Part shown: positions 61,080 through 61,709 of the stretch, piece after piece
How positions within the stretch are numbered: position 1 is the first letter of the stretch
How the letters are laid out: the number at the start of each line of letters is the position of its first letter
Assembly (NCBI GenBank): GCA_016204975.1
Contig: JACQJP010000032.1
Coordinates: 1-61,709, forward strand
Source of the DNA: Elusimicrobiota bacterium
GTDB lineage: Bacteria; Elusimicrobiota; Elusimicrobia; JACQJP01
Direction: 5' to 3'
DNA: 61,709 nucleotides
The notes under the pieces: generated by a model
What the model saw: only the letters and a program-made list of their open reading frames with translations
Told to the model about the DNA's origin: nothing
Database searches by the model: none
Program-made: the position numbers and the translations under genes

Positions 61080-61709
61080 TTGCCAAGTTCTTATCCGCCT
61101 TGATTTGTGGGAGTCTCATTTTGACCTCCCCGGGTTTGGGGAGTTATCAATCTTTGGCCGGTGGGTTGCGGAAGGCTCCGGCCGGGAAGGCCGCAGCGGT
61201 AGGGGTGTCTCCTGTTTTGCCCCCTCTCCTTGTTTTTGGGCGAGTCCAATTCCCCCGGTTGATTCAGGTGGATGGGGGATTTGTCCGGCCCTACAATATC
61301 GTTGACGATCAGATCCGCTATGAGCGGATCGGTTTGGAGGAGGCGCAGGGTTTGCTGGAGCAGGGGGTGGAGGCGGTTTCTTTTGCAAGCCCGGAGCTTC
61401 TAGTGAAGGAGAAGGAAGCCTTGAGGGTTTGGGTGGCTCAGGGGCAGAAGACCGCCCGGCAAGAACTGGAGGGTGTGGAAGCGCATTTGCGGCAAGAGGG
61501 CTACGGCGGCATCCTGGATATGGTGGCTTCTCAAGGAGGGACTCCGCAAAACTCAGACAGGTTTGCACAACTTTCTGCGGTTGCCTTTGACTTGAATCAG
61601 CGTGAAGAAAGGCCTGTCTATCCTCAGGAGGTTGCTCCTATCCAGGCCGGGCCCCAAAGGCGTGTTGAGCCGTCACTCCCCGACCGTAGTCGGGTCCCAC
61701 AGGCCGGTC
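61076..61709 (+). CDS. Hypothetical secreted protein (3' end cut by window edge)
   Basis: Read by hand; absent from the track because there is no stop in the window. ATGA overlap with the previous stop. MIAKFLSALICGSLILTSPGLG signal-like N-terminus. The frame stays open to base 61709 and runs through a sense Family-1 repeat (QAGPQRRVEPSLPDRSRVPQAG). Confidence 0.55.
   Translation, partial: MIAKFLSALICGSLILTSPGLGSYQSLAGGLRKAPAGKAAAVGVSPVLPPLLVFGRVQFPRLIQVDGGFVRPYNIVDDQIRYERIGLEEAQGLLEQGVEAVSFASPELLVKEKEALRVWVAQGQKTARQELEGVEAHLRQEGYGGILDMVASQGGTPQNSDRFAQLSAVAFDLNQREERPVYPQEVAPIQAGPQRRVEPSLPDRSRVPQAG
61643..61707 (+). repeat. Family-1 mini-element, copy I (sense inside partial CDS at window end)
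   Basis: caggccgg at 61643 and 61700 (57 nt apart). Confidence 0.9.

Noticed and set aside
23437-61709. Could the Family-1 repeats be a CRISPR array, tRNA-like att sites, or inteins?
   Set aside because: - Copies are kilobases apart with irregular spacing and occur in both orientations, so they are not an array.
- They have no tRNA cloverleaf features.
- At 19 aa they are far too short for an intein and lack splicing motifs. The same DNA is also read in three frames.

Overview
G+C-rich bacterial (diderm-type) chromosomal window with about 55 genes, mostly core housekeeping. I cannot assign a taxon from sequence alone.

Gene content in order:
- Elongasome operon mreB(partial)-mreC-mreD-mrdA-rodA, then rng.
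- Three Amidase_3 peptidoglycan amidases interleaved with murI-queC-queE.
- mutL-mutS-ychF on the minus strand.
- TPR, CsgG-like and HEAT envelope proteins.
- A minus-strand TPM / nucleotidyltransferase / LemA / GYF coiled-coil / glycosyltransferase operon.
- An Amidase_2 enzyme, two stand-alone CheY-like receivers, TauE, alkaline phosphatase and acnA.
- Two-subunit 2-oxoacid:ferredoxin oxidoreductase (korAB).
- A putrescine-to-GABA catabolic group: FAD amine oxidase, aminobutyraldehyde dehydrogenase and gabT.
- addB-addA.
- A lipoate/2-oxoacid dehydrogenase supra-operon: nuoB-lipA-E1alpha-E1beta-E2-lpdA-lipB.

I saw no rRNA, tRNA, CRISPR array, transposase or integrase.

The unusual content is not a gene cluster but two families of interspersed mini-elements.
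- Family 1 has 9 copies plus 1 solo end. Family 2 has 8 copies.
- In nearly every copy I could measure, the element adds exactly 57 nt (19 codons) between short direct repeats.
- Both families end in a related GGGTNCC..GCCGG motif.
- Most copies sit inside intact, conserved protein-coding genes (addA, addB, amidases, a glycosyltransferase, signal peptides). They occur in both orientations and in three different reading registers, so the conservation is at the DNA/RNA level, not the protein level.
- Family 2 carries a hairpin whose stem sequence differs between copies while staying complementary.
- The only two intergenic Family-1 copies both lie, in sense orientation, immediately 5' of the two stand-alone response-regulator genes.

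Other candidates:
- A third, terminator-like intergenic repeat.
- A promoter / Cys-rich micro-ORF or structured-leader / terminator module between two amidase genes.
- An orphan nuoB overlapping lipA.
- An unannotated 56-aa ORF with a strong SD.
- An exported flavin amine oxidase with a CxxCH motif.
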